The notes below the pieces were generated by a model, which searched no databases, was not told the DNA's origin, and was given only the letters and a program-made list of their open reading frames with translations. From Eledone cirrhosa (taxonomy: Eukaryota): 64,000 bases of DNA. How positions within the stretch are numbered: the stretch's first letter is position 1; each line of letters begins with the position of its first letter. Location: the NCBI GenBank assembly GCA_964016885.1, contig OZ024741.1, positions 330,336,001 through 330,400,000 on the forward strand, written 5' to 3'. This document shows positions 13,372 through 23,735 of this stretch, piece after piece. Made by a program: the position numbers and the translations under genes.

Positions 13372-14772
13372 TTATTTTCCTTCTGTATCAGTTTCTAAAA
13401 TACTTAGGAAACAGTTTGGTTCTGTGGGTGTATCTGTCCAAGCAGCACCCCATGGTGTTGTTACTGGAAACCCAGCTGACCAGTTTAAATTATTTACCTG
13501 GGTTATCTGTGAATTATTTGGTATCATAGATGTGATTGAGATTGGCATCAATTGTTGGATGCAGCAAGTAAGTTGTTGGCAGTTAGTTTGTGTTTGTGTT
13601 TCAAGTGTTAACTGTGATGGTGATGTTGGCTCGAGGGCTTGCTGATCAGGTGATGATTGCTCAAGGGCCTGCTGATCAAGTGATGATGGTTCAAGGACTT
13701 GTTCATCAGGTGATGATGGTTCAAGAGAATGTTGATCAAGTGATGATGGTTCATGAGGCTGTTGATCAAGTGACGAGGGCTCAAAAGCCCGTTGATCAAG
13801 TGATGATGGCTCAAGAGGCTGTTGATCAAGTGATGGTGGCTCAAGGGTTTGTTGATCAAGTGATGATGGCTCAAAAGTCTGTTGATCAAGTGATGATGAC
13901 TCAAGCAGCTGTTGATCAAGTGATGATGGCTCAAGCAACTGTTGATCAAGTGGTGATGGCTCAAGGGTTTGTTGATCAAGTGATGATGGCTCAAGGCTTT
14001 GTTGATCAAGTGATGATGGCTCAAGCAACTGTTGATCAGGTGATGGCAATAATGTTTGTTCTGGATCTACTTTTTCTAATTGTAAAATTTCATTTCTGCT
14101 ATGCGTTTGTTCATGCTTCTTTAAATGTGCTCTTTGGGAAAATATTTTGCTGCATAGACTACAGTTAAAAGGTTTCTCTGCACTATGTGTTCTCTCATGT
14201 TTATTGAGATATGATTTTTGTGAGAATACTTTGTGACAAATTGCACACTCAAATGGTTTTAGCCCTGTATGTGTTCGTTCATGCTTGTTTAAATATGATT
14301 TCTGTGAAAAGTTCTTCTGACATACAGAACATGTGTATGGTTTCAGTCGGGTGTGAGTTCTTCGATGCTTGTGGAGATAAGATTTCTGTGAGAATGCCTT
14401 TGTGCAAGTGAAGCATGCAAATGGTTTTTCACCTGTGTGCGTCCGTTTATGTTTGCTAAGATGGGTTCTCTGACTGAATGCTTTCTGACAAATATTGCAA
14501 TGATATGGTCGCTCTCCTGTGTGTGTTCGTTCATGATTCTTCAGCTTATCTCTTTGGCTGAAAGCTTTGCTACAAAACGAACAACTGAAATGTTTTTCTG
14601 CTTCTGGTGCCAATTCATGTTTAGTAAGATAGACACGTAAAGTAAACCCCTTGCGACACACTGTACATTTAAAGGGTTTCTTACTGTTTGAAGTATTTGG
14701 CAATTCATCCGTTGTGTTCGTATCAGACATTGATTGGATGTTACTACTGTACATTGGTTGAACTGTAATCAT
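13372..14772 (-). CDS. C2H2 (Kruppel-type) zinc-finger protein, 466 aa, single coding exon, with a C-terminal acidic decapeptide repeat
   Basis: Six canonical F/Y-x-C-x2-C-x12-H-x3-H fingers with TGERP/TGEKP-like linkers, plus one degenerate first finger lacking the second His. Followed by ~15 x LEPSSLDQQx. Start context is AAAATG. Confidence 0.92.
   Translation of the reverse strand: MITVQPMYSSNIQSMSDTNTTDELPNTSNSKKPFKCTVCRKGFTLRVYLTKHELAPEAEKHFSCSFCSKAFSQRDKLKNHERTHTGERPYHCNICQKAFSQRTHLSKHKRTHTGEKPFACFTCTKAFSQKSYLHKHRRTHTRLKPYTCSVCQKNFSQKSYLNKHERTHTGLKPFECAICHKVFSQKSYLNKHERTHSAEKPFNCSLCSKIFSQRAHLKKHEQTHSRNEILQLEKVDPEQTLLPSPDQQLLEPSSLDQQSLEPSSLDQQTLEPSPLDQQLLEPSSLDQQLLESSSLDQQTFEPSSLDQQTLEPPSLDQQPLEPSSLDQRAFEPSSLDQQPHEPSSLDQHSLEPSSPDEQVLEPSSLDQQALEQSSPDQQALEPTSPSQLTLETQTQTNCQQLTCCIQQLMPISITSMIPNNSQITQVNNLNWSAGFPVTTPWGAAWTDTPTEPNCFLSILETDTEGK
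13605..14052 (-). repeat. Coding 30-bp minisatellite (~15 units) within the ZNF CDS
   Basis: Plus-strand unit GTTGATCAAGTGATGATGGCTCAAGNNNNT with an exact 30-bp period. Confidence 0.95.
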
Positions 14773-14964
14773 TTTAACTCACTTTTTTATGTTTTATAAA
14801 TATTGCTTTATCATTTCGTACAGTATACTTTCTTATTTTTAAAATATAATTAATTTATATTTTATTTACCCTTTCCTGTTCATATCTCCAATGTCATACA
14901 CTCCCCACTCTATTTCAATTAATTAATTAAGAGTTTTGAGGAATTTACTAAAATTACTAATTGA

Positions 14965-15238
14965 CCTAGTGGTAAGGGTGTTAGACTTATAATCATAATG
15001 TCATGAATTTGATTCCTGGATTGGGTTGTGTGTTGTGTTCTTGAGGAAAACACTTCATTTCACGTTGCTCCAGTACACTCAGCTGAAAATAAGTACCAGC
15101 AGTAGTTAGGGGATTTAACCCTGCAATGGATTGGCGTCCTTTCCAGGCAGGAGTCTTGTGTTCTCAGTTGCTTAACGCTACGGAATGCCAGGGTAAGCAC
15201 CGGCGTGATAAGTTTCCAGGCTCAAGACAGACTTTAAA
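14965..15238 (+). mobile_element. tRNA-derived SINE (family also at ~44272-44560, ~53152-53405, and minus-strand ~28990-29320)
   Basis: CCTAGTGGTAAGGGTGTT...TTTGATTCCTGG head; CACTTCATTTCACGTTGCTCCAGTACACTCAGCTGAAAAT core; CTCAAGACAGACTTTA tail. Confidence 0.7.
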
Positions 15239-15599
15239 CTTTTTAGAAGTTTGTAATTTAACATATGACTCTTATATAAAATTATGTTGAAAGATTTTAA
15301 ATAAGAATCTTTTATAATGGATGGGTTTGTTCCATAGAACCAGAACTGGTTCCAGGTAGGTTTTGATATTTCTAGAGTTACCACACTTTTCCATAAATAT
15401 TCTTAGCTGTGTTATATGTTCATCATTTAATAATTAGTTATATAAATAAAATGTCTATAAATGCCATTTTTTTCTCCCTATTATTATAGGTAAGATCACC
15501 TGCACCTGTTATATTCCATAAATTAACAGTTGTTTTTATAAAATCCTTTTTGCCCCTCTATTCCATAACTTGGTAAGTATTTCTAAAACATCCGTTGCT

Positions 15600-15802
15600 A
15601 TGTGACATTCCAACTGTTTTAAATTCAATACTTGTCTCATTCCAATTTTGTTTTAAATTCAATACTTGTGTCACATTCCAACTGTTTTAAATTCAATACT
15701 TGTGTCACTTTCCAACTTATTTTAATTAAATACTTGTTACATTCCAACTGTTTTAAATTCAGTACTTGTATCACATTCCAATTTTGTTTTAAATTCAATA
15801 CT
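15600..15802. repeat. ~34-bp minisatellite (~6 units)
   Basis: Repeated TGTGTCACATTCCAACTGTTTTAAATTCAATACT. Confidence 0.85.
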
Positions 15803-16055
15803 CTGCAAAAGAAGAGAGAAATATGAAAATACAGTAGAAAATCAACTTCAGTAAAAATTAAAACAAAACGTTAGAATACTATACACCAATGTGGTATAAA
15901 TATGTCTGTCTACTACATAATGGTGTACAGTACTGTACACCAATGTGGTATATATATATATGTCTATATATGCACATCTAACCCATGTTAGCATGGAAAA
16001 ATGAACGTTAAATGGTGAGGATGATGATGATGATACAATACTATACACCAATGTA

Positions 16056-16101
<46 letters not shown>

Positions 16102-16329
16102 GTTTGTCTACTAAATAATATTATATAATACTGTACACCAATGTGGTATATATATGTGCGTGTGTGTCTGTCTACTAGATAATGTTACACAATACTGTAC
16201 ACCAAAGTATTGTATAATTGTGTTACACAGAAACGGGTGTCTTTACCCATTAATTTCTGGCTTAGTGTACTTTTCACCTGGTACATCACTTCAATCTGTT
16301 TTGCACTAACAGTCAGACCAAAGTTGTCC

Positions 16330-16780
16330 ACTGGTGCCCTTCTGTTTATTATAGTTCTCCAGATCATAACAGAGGAGTTTAAGTTTGGCTGTCAGTGGGA
16401 ACTCTTATATATCAACGACCTAGTTCTCATAACTGAATCCGTGGAGGAACTAAAGGAGAAATTCCAAATATGGAAGCAAAATCTGGATTCGAAAGGCCTT
16501 AAAGTAAACTTAGCAAAGATGAAAAAGATCCGAATTGACAAGACCCCAAACTTTATTTGGTTACCGAGTGGAGTGGCACTTGTCAGATTGGACCAAGGAA
16601 ACAATGTTTCTATTTGTCTTTCCAGTTGCTGAAACTATCTACGAGTCCTTATGATTGTGAATCTAACCCTCTATCCACTAAGCCATGCATGCACCTTCAC
16701 AAAGACAAAAGTCCTACTAAATAGGAAAGAAGACAGGTCCCTGATTCTACCAGGGAAATGGCCATGTTCAAAATGCAGCA
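16330..16780 (+). mobile_element. RTE LINE RT fragment interrupted by a SINE fragment
   Basis: LLFIIVLQIITEEFKFGCQWELLYINDLVL...WKQNLDSKGLKVNLAK, homologous to the RT at 56837-57808. Confidence 0.7.
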
Positions 16781-17081
16781 CAAAGAGAAGAGGTAACTAG
16801 CCGAAACTACTTAGCTCGCAGTCGATCCTCTACTTTTATTTGTGTGTGTGTGCAAAAAGTAAACAAATAACAAAGCAAACAACACAGTACAATGAAATGT
16901 ATTGGTTTAATGCTTGATATAGTAGGAAAAGAATCTTAACGTTTCGGATACTAGTCTTTCATCTGTAGATGGAATGAGAGATAAAAGACGAAATAGAAAG
17001 ACAGAGAGTGAGAAAAGGCAGGAACAGGAGAAACATTTTTTGAGTAAAACACGTGTATTTAGTCAGCCATTTTGGCGAATG

Positions 17082-17174
<93 letters not shown>

Positions 17175-17178
<4 letters not shown>

Positions 17179-17885
17179 CATCATCGTTTAACGTCCATAT
17201 TCCACGCTTGCATGGGTTTGGACGGGAGTTTTCCCACTTGAAGCAAGATTGGTTGCCTTGCTCGCATAGGACTGTCTGGCGAGTTTTCTACAGCTGGATG
17301 CCCTTCCTAACACCAACCACATTTACAGTGTGGACTGATAGGTTTTTACCGTGTTACCTACATGGCCACATTACAGCGTGAACTGTATGTTTTTTTGTTG
17401 TGACACCTACATGACCTCATTTGTTTCGGGCTGGATGTTGTGGTACCAACATAACTTTACATTGACAAGGGTGGGGGTAGTGGGACGGGGTGTATTTTGT
17501 TAGAGGTGCCTACTGACTGGTAGGTTTCACTTTGTACTTAGGTAAGGCGGGTCTTCTCTATTACTGTGTAGCGCCAAAGGTCTCGGTCCAGTGACATTGT
17601 CTTGGAGAGATGTAAGTGTGTGAGGTCGGAATTTATCAAGTCGTCCCAGGTTTTTCTGGGTCTGCCTACTCCGTGGCTACCGTCTATTTTTATTGCCCTG
17701 CACTTTTTTATACAGCTGTCGTCTTTCATGCGCATCACGTGACCATACCAACGTAGTCTTCTCTCGAGTAAACAACATCTGATCCCTCTTATTTCTAATT
17801 TTTCCCTTAGTTCGTTTATGCTTTGCCGTTCATGTATATTACTATTACACATCCAGCGGAGCATGCAAGCTTCGTTCCTCTCCAA
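17175..17885 (-). mobile_element. 5'-truncated RTE LINE (ORF C-terminus plus 3' UTR with (GAT)n tail)
   Basis: ERNEACMLRWMC...ERRLRWYGHVMRM...GRPRKTW, typical of the RTE/BovB C-terminus. The 3' UTR is also found at 46630-46930 and 41510-41668. Confidence 0.88.
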
Positions 17886-17962
17886 TATATATATATATAA
17901 GTATTTCCGTAGAAAGGTAAAGGAAAGAAGAGTGCTCCATGTATAATACAGAACTATTTAAT

Positions 17963-18155
17963 TATATAATAAACAACACAATATAATTATTCCATTACCA
18001 AAGATTTCAAGAAACTAGACGATCCTTACAGAAACATCTAGCCAATTCATCAGATGAAATAGATCTGATGAACGGACTGGACGTTTCTGTAAGGATCGTC
18101 TAGTTTCTTGAAACCTTTGGTAATGGAATAATTATATTGTGTTGTTCATTATATA
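17963..18155. repeat. Fold-back inverted repeat (~93-bp arms, 7-nt loop) between (TA)n tracts; Penelope-like pLTR remnant
   Basis: 17963-18055 is the reverse complement of 18063-18155 with a few mismatches. Confidence 0.9.
17989..18060 (-). ncRNA. Type I minimal hammerhead ribozyme motif
   Basis: Minus strand reads ATTTCAT-CTGATGA-attgGCTAGATG..CGTCTAGTttctt-GAAA-tctttg-GTA-ATGGAAT. Stem I ATTTCAT/ATGGAAT pairs. The mirror copy on the plus strand (18063-18129) has a truncated stem I. Confidence 0.7.
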
Positions 18156-18639
18156 TATATATATATAAGTTGTCAATTTTATGAGTTGCCTATTTTTACA
18201 ATGTAAATTTGTTATTGTTATGATAGTTGTTTCTTGCATTTGTGCAGCTTTAGTGTATCTCCGTTGTGTGTAGAGTAATGTTTTAGTTATATAAATCTGA
18301 TGCCACAATAATATACAATTTTAGTTCAAGTTTCTCTAAATCACCTGGTGTATAGGGGTAATGGGGTGTCTACTGTGTTGTATTCGAACTCACTTTCAAA
18401 CGGCAATAGCCTGGAAATAATCGCCTTTCCTTAGATATTGTCTGTGTATGCGTAACAAGGATATATTAAATTGTGCACCAAGCATCTCTCTTTTTACCCC
18501 CCCCCCCCCTCTCATATATATATATATATTCACACACGAATAAGCTTGTGTTTTTGCATCCGTATTTGTCTTGTTTATTTTTGAATTGTATATATACACA
18601 AGCACACACATTAACACAATCTCGGTTAATCCTGTGCTG

Positions 18640-19145
18640 TATATGTAGAAATATGTATAAATAAGGGCGTGTTGTAATGTATAGATAAGCATAAAGCAGT
18701 AGTGTATATGTGTATATGTAAACAGACGAGTGTATATATTGTATAGCTGCGATGTGTGTATAAACAGAAATGTATATAAACAGATAAGGGTATATGCTGT
18801 ATATAAGTGAGAGGTGTATATACAGATAAGGGTACATGCTTTGTATAGGTGAGAGGTGAGTGTATAAAGAGAAATATGTATGTAAACAGTCGAGTGTATA
18901 TATATATAGTATAGCTGAGAGGTGTGTATAAACAAATGTATGTGAACAGATACGAGTGTATATGTTTGTATATACAGATAAGGATATATATTGTGTAGGT
19001 GAGAGTTGAGTATTTAAAGAGAAGTATGTGTAAACAGATACGAGTGTATATATTGTATAGACAAGAGGTGAGTATATAAACACAGAAATGTATATATACA
19101 GATAAGGGTATAGGTGAATGTATAAACTCAGAAATGTATATAACC
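18640..19145. repeat. Complex degenerate (GT/TA-rich) minisatellite
   Basis: Recurring ACAGATAAGGGTAT, CGAGTGTATATATTGTATAG and GAGAGGTGAGTGTATAAA blocks. Confidence 0.7.
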
Positions 19146-19149
19146 AAAC

Positions 19150-19198
19150 AAAGCTGATGATTTCATACAAATGAAACAGTCCTAGTCCTGTAGAAGTC

Positions 19199-19200
<2 letters not shown>
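19150..19200 (+). ncRNA. Very minimal or degenerate hammerhead motif at a repeat-family end
   Basis: AG-CTGATGA-tttcatacaaat-GAAA-ca-GTC-CT. The downstream CTAGTCCTGTAGAAG end recurs at 20336-20362 (-), 20708-20750 (-) and 35996-36065 (both strands). Confidence 0.4.
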
Positions 19201-19242
<42 letters not shown>

Positions 19243-19559
19243 GTTATCAGATTTGGGTGAGGGTAACGTGGTAAAGTGGTTCGGGTTGAACACTTACTTT
19301 TTTAAGTGGAACCGTTGTGATCAGCAGGAAACATCCAAAAGGTAAACGGCCACAATTGATGATGATGATGGTAATGATGTGTGTGTGTACGTTTAGCTTT
19401 GACAGTCGCGAGAATGTTTAGTACTCAATACTACAATAGGTAGAGATTAATAGGTTTATTATTAAGGTCGAGCCAGTTGACCCTGTAAACACACAGGCGA
19501 AACTCCGGAGTAACAGGATACTGACTCGACCTTAATAAATAAATATATAAATATGTGTC

Positions 19560-19591
<32 letters not shown>

Positions 19592-21234
19592 ATGTGTATG
19601 TATATAACTGGCAACACAGATTCTTCCCGTTTTGTCTGACTCCACACTGCAACCTACTTTCTATAATGCACATGCACACATACATACATTTATACATACA
19701 CACACATACATATACATTTATACACACACACATATACATATACATTTATATACACACATACATTTATACTTACACACACATACATACATTTATATTTACA
19801 CACACACATACACACATTTACTCATACATATACACACGTAGCTTATTTATTGTTTGCTGATTGGATTTTCATTTATTGCTACTCTCTTTTCTTTTTTTTT
19901 CTTTCCATCTTCGTTCCTTCAACGTTTGTTAATGGTTTGCCAGTCTGTCTTACAATGTGTGTGTCTGTCTTACAATGTGTGGATGTGTGTCTGTCCTACA
20001 ATGTATGTATATGACCATATAGTTAATTTCACATTTCCTTTGACGTTTAATAAACAATTATAACCCTTTTTTCTGTGATGATACACACGCACAAAGGGGC
20101 GATATTTGGTATTAGGCAGACGGCTTCTTTTGCAGATACATGAAAAAAAGGCAAAGTGGTCTCTAGTCCCATACTTGTGATATTTCCTTTTACTAATAAA
20201 TCAGTCGAAATTTATATATGCAAATCAATTAGCTGCTGTTCATTTTCATTTTATTTTGTATGGCTAATTCGCCGTACATAATTTTAAAAAATGAAGACGA
20301 AATGATACCTTACTGATCTGTATGTATGTATATATACAGGCCTAGAGCTGTTTCATTTGTAATAATAAAATAAAGATAACTATACTATATATATATATAC
20401 ATGTGTGTGTGTGTACACATACATACATGAATTCAGAATGATTTATTAGTAAATGAAAAGGAAATATCGCAACATGTATGGTCATCACATCACCTGTTTT
20501 CCACGTAAATGTCGGAAAGTTGTCTACTTAATACGAAAGATTGCCAAAAATAGTGTGTGTTGGGAGGGGGTTATAGATTTATTACCGAAAAGGAATTATT
20601 TAAACGATTGCCGAAGATATATGTGTATTTCGTTTTAGAATATATTTATGAAGTAGTCAATGTTTGCAAGCTATATATATATATATATATAAGTTTTAAT
20701 ATAGATGAGATTCTACAGGACTAGAACTGTTTCATTCTTTAGAAATCATCATATATATATATATTTCGTTATAAAAAAACAACAACTTAAAATGACTCGG
20801 TCACTGTGGAGGCTGTCGTCTTCGTTAAATATTATTAAAGTGTTTATACTGTTAGATGTTTATACTAATATTAAATTTACACTAAGCTTGTCTGTTGTTT
20901 AGCTTTGCCATGTCTTCTCTTTATTTCATTTCTCGTATATTTGGTTTCTAAAACCTCGGCTGTCAGTGGCTTTAATGTTTCTTACATAATTATTCCTATT
21001 ATATATTACCGATCGGTTTATGTTTACACACAACAAACCTCACAGCCATATTATATGTATTCAATTAATATTTATTTTCTTTCTCATTTCAACTGGAGTT
21101 TTGTTAATAGAAGTAGGTGGAATAGTTTTAAAGCCTCGTTTAACTAAAACGAACCTGTCCACCATTTTCATTTTAAATTTCTAATGGTTTTCCTTACAGG
21201 TTCCTTATGGTCCATCTTATGCAGACAGATGATG

Positions 21235-21606
21235 CTTTAGTTACCCTGATTAACCCTGGTGTACTTTAGCTACCCTAATTAAATTTGGGGTACTGTGACC
21301 ATCTGATTGCCTACAGGGTACTTTAGGAATACTGTAACTACCCTAATTGACTCTGGGGTACTTCAGCCACCCTGATTAACTCTGGAGTAGATTGGTCCAG
21401 TGATCGACTCTGGGGTACTTTAACTACCCTGATTGATTCTGGGGTATTTTGACTACAGGGTACTTTAGTCACCCAATTGACTATAGGGTACTTTAATTAC
21501 CCGGCTGATTCTGGGGTACTCTAGTCATCCAATTGAATTTAGAATACTTTAGCTACTCTGATTGACACCAGGGTACTTAACTACTAGACTGACTCTAGGG
21601 TACTTT
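21235..21606. repeat. Degenerate ~30-bp minisatellite
   Basis: Repeated CTACCCTGATTGACTCTGGGGTACTTTA. Confidence 0.8.
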
Positions 21607-22394
21607 TGCCATTTCATTCATTGTGGCTATTTCGGTCGCCCAAATATTTTATATTGCATTATATTAAAATTTTTATAGGGAGCCTCTATCAAATTGCTAA
21701 ACTTATTAGAAATAGTAGTCAAATGCCCCCTCCCCCCCCCCCCATTATAAAAAGTAAGGAACATTTTAAGCCTTTCATTATTATATTTCAAATGTTAGTT
21801 TTGCCTTTCATCCTTACGGAGTCGATAGAATAAAATACCAGTAACGTACTGGGGTTAATTTGATTAACCCCCCCCCCCAAAAAAAAAAAAAATTATGCCT
21901 AAATCAGACACCATTATTATATTTCAAATCCAGCCGAGGTTAACTTTGCCTATCATCCTTACGGGGTCGATAAAATAAAGTACCAGTAATGCACTGGGTA
22001 ATTGATGGCCTTGTGCCAAAAGTCGAAACAATTATTATATTTCAAATGAAAGACACATTGTCCATGGTTTTCAAATAATTTTGAAAATAATGAAGAATTT
22101 TCGAAAATTTAGTAATATAACTAATTTTCTGATTATTATGATGTTAGTTAGCTATAAACACTTTAAAACGAACAATTCTCTATGGTAGAACTAAGGGTAG
22201 TTTCAGGTGGTTTGGTATCAAAAGGTTTAAAAGAACGAAAACATAAGATATTGTAGACTTAGATAAAGTATTCCTGGAAAAAAGGGGAGGGTGTGATGTG
22301 AGAGTAAAACAACAATTGTTTTTGTATTTAATTAGCTAAATGTATCCTGTAAAATTGTTTCTGTATTGTGATCTTTATGTCATATATTTTGCAG

Positions 22395-22545
22395 CACGTT
22401 TGAGAGACACCACTTCGAAGTAGAGCTAATAAAGAAAATATTTAGTGGACCAAACAACGAACTATAAATTTGATTTCGTAAAACATGGACTTTACAGTCA
22501 GACAGAGAGAGAGAATACTCTCAAATCAAACCTCCTACTTGACAT
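22395..22545 (+). other. Putative 5'-UTR exon of DCP1
   Basis: TATTTTGCAG| acceptor and |GTAAGT donor bound a non-repetitive 151-bp segment. The next strong acceptor, TTTTTCAG| at 23655, leads into the DCP1 coding exon. Confidence 0.5.
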
Positions 22546-23735
22546 GTAAGTATCTTTTTATTATGAAGACACTTTGTTTTGTGGTTAGTGTTGGATTTGC
22601 AATTGTGAAGTTGCAAGTTCGATACCTGGACTGAGCGATGTACTATGTCCTTGAGCAAGACATTTTATTTCACGTTGCTCTTTCTGTTAGGAGTTGCAGT
22701 TGGTTCTTAGTATCTACTGGTTGTAAATTCTAGCAGTTCCACCCCACTCTGTAAGCAAATGAGCTCTGGGATCTTGTCGATCGTTTCATATCTTGGAAAA
22801 GCCTAGCAAGCTCTCTGATATAAGACTTGCAGTAGAATTATAGTTGCCTGTCATCTTGTTGTTGCTAGTCATTTGCCATAGCAGTGTCACTGGTCACATT
22901 TAATTCTTGTGATATCAGCTTGCCTGAAACCACATCTGTTTTTATGATACAAAACGGTATATTTAAAATTTTTATGCTCCGTTAGTATATTAAAACCTTC
23001 CATCCATAAGGATTTTATTTAAGTGAGTGAGGTCTGGGATCTTAGTGATCAATTTGATCGATTGATGACCACCATAGACAACATAAAATTCTCCACCGAG
23101 ATATGAATTTAAAGCTTGTTATTTGGTAGACAATGGAAACCCTTTTTCTATTGGTTTCAGTCATTAGATGGCGGCCATGGTGGGGCATTGCCTTGATTTA
23201 GTCAATCACATCGACCTAATACTGATTTTTTTTTCAAGTTCAATAGTTATCACTTTTTGTCAAACTGCTAAGTTACAGGACATAAACACAGACACAAACA
23301 TAAACATGTGTCGCATATATTATGACAGCCTTCTGCAGTTTCTGTCTATCAAATTTCACTTGTCCAAGGCATTGGTCAAGTAGAAGATACTTGCCCAAGC
23401 TATTGGTCAACCCAAGGCTCTAATAGAAGAATTGGTCCACTGAAGGCTGCAGTAGAAGATATTTGTTCATGGCATTGGTCAACCTACGGCTATAGAAGAT
23501 TTGAACCCAGAACCACATGGATGTGAAGCGAACTCCTTAACTACAAATGTACAAAATCACACCAATTATAAAATATTTAAAAAAAAAACATAAATACTTT
23601 TTTCATATATTTTTAACTAAACATAATTTTATTTTTCTCTTTCATCATTTTTCAGGCATGTCGTCTAGATGGAATGCCTCTTTCTAATTCTATTTGTCTC
23701 GAGTCTTGGTAGTTCAATACAAACCAAGTGATTCA

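Noticed and set aside
13590-14168. Overlapping 192-aa antisense ORF and 138-aa His-rich alternative-frame ORF
   Set aside because: By-products of the stop-free 30-bp coding minisatellite in the ZNF gene.
18396-19860. Long Tyr/Ile/His/Thr-rich ORFs (up to 244 aa)
   Set aside because: Translations of (TA)/(CA)-rich satellites with no domain signal.
23694-23735. ORF-track start of DCP1 at TTG 23694
   Set aside because: Non-ATG start from a prokaryote-style caller. The first in-frame ATG after the stop is at 23736.
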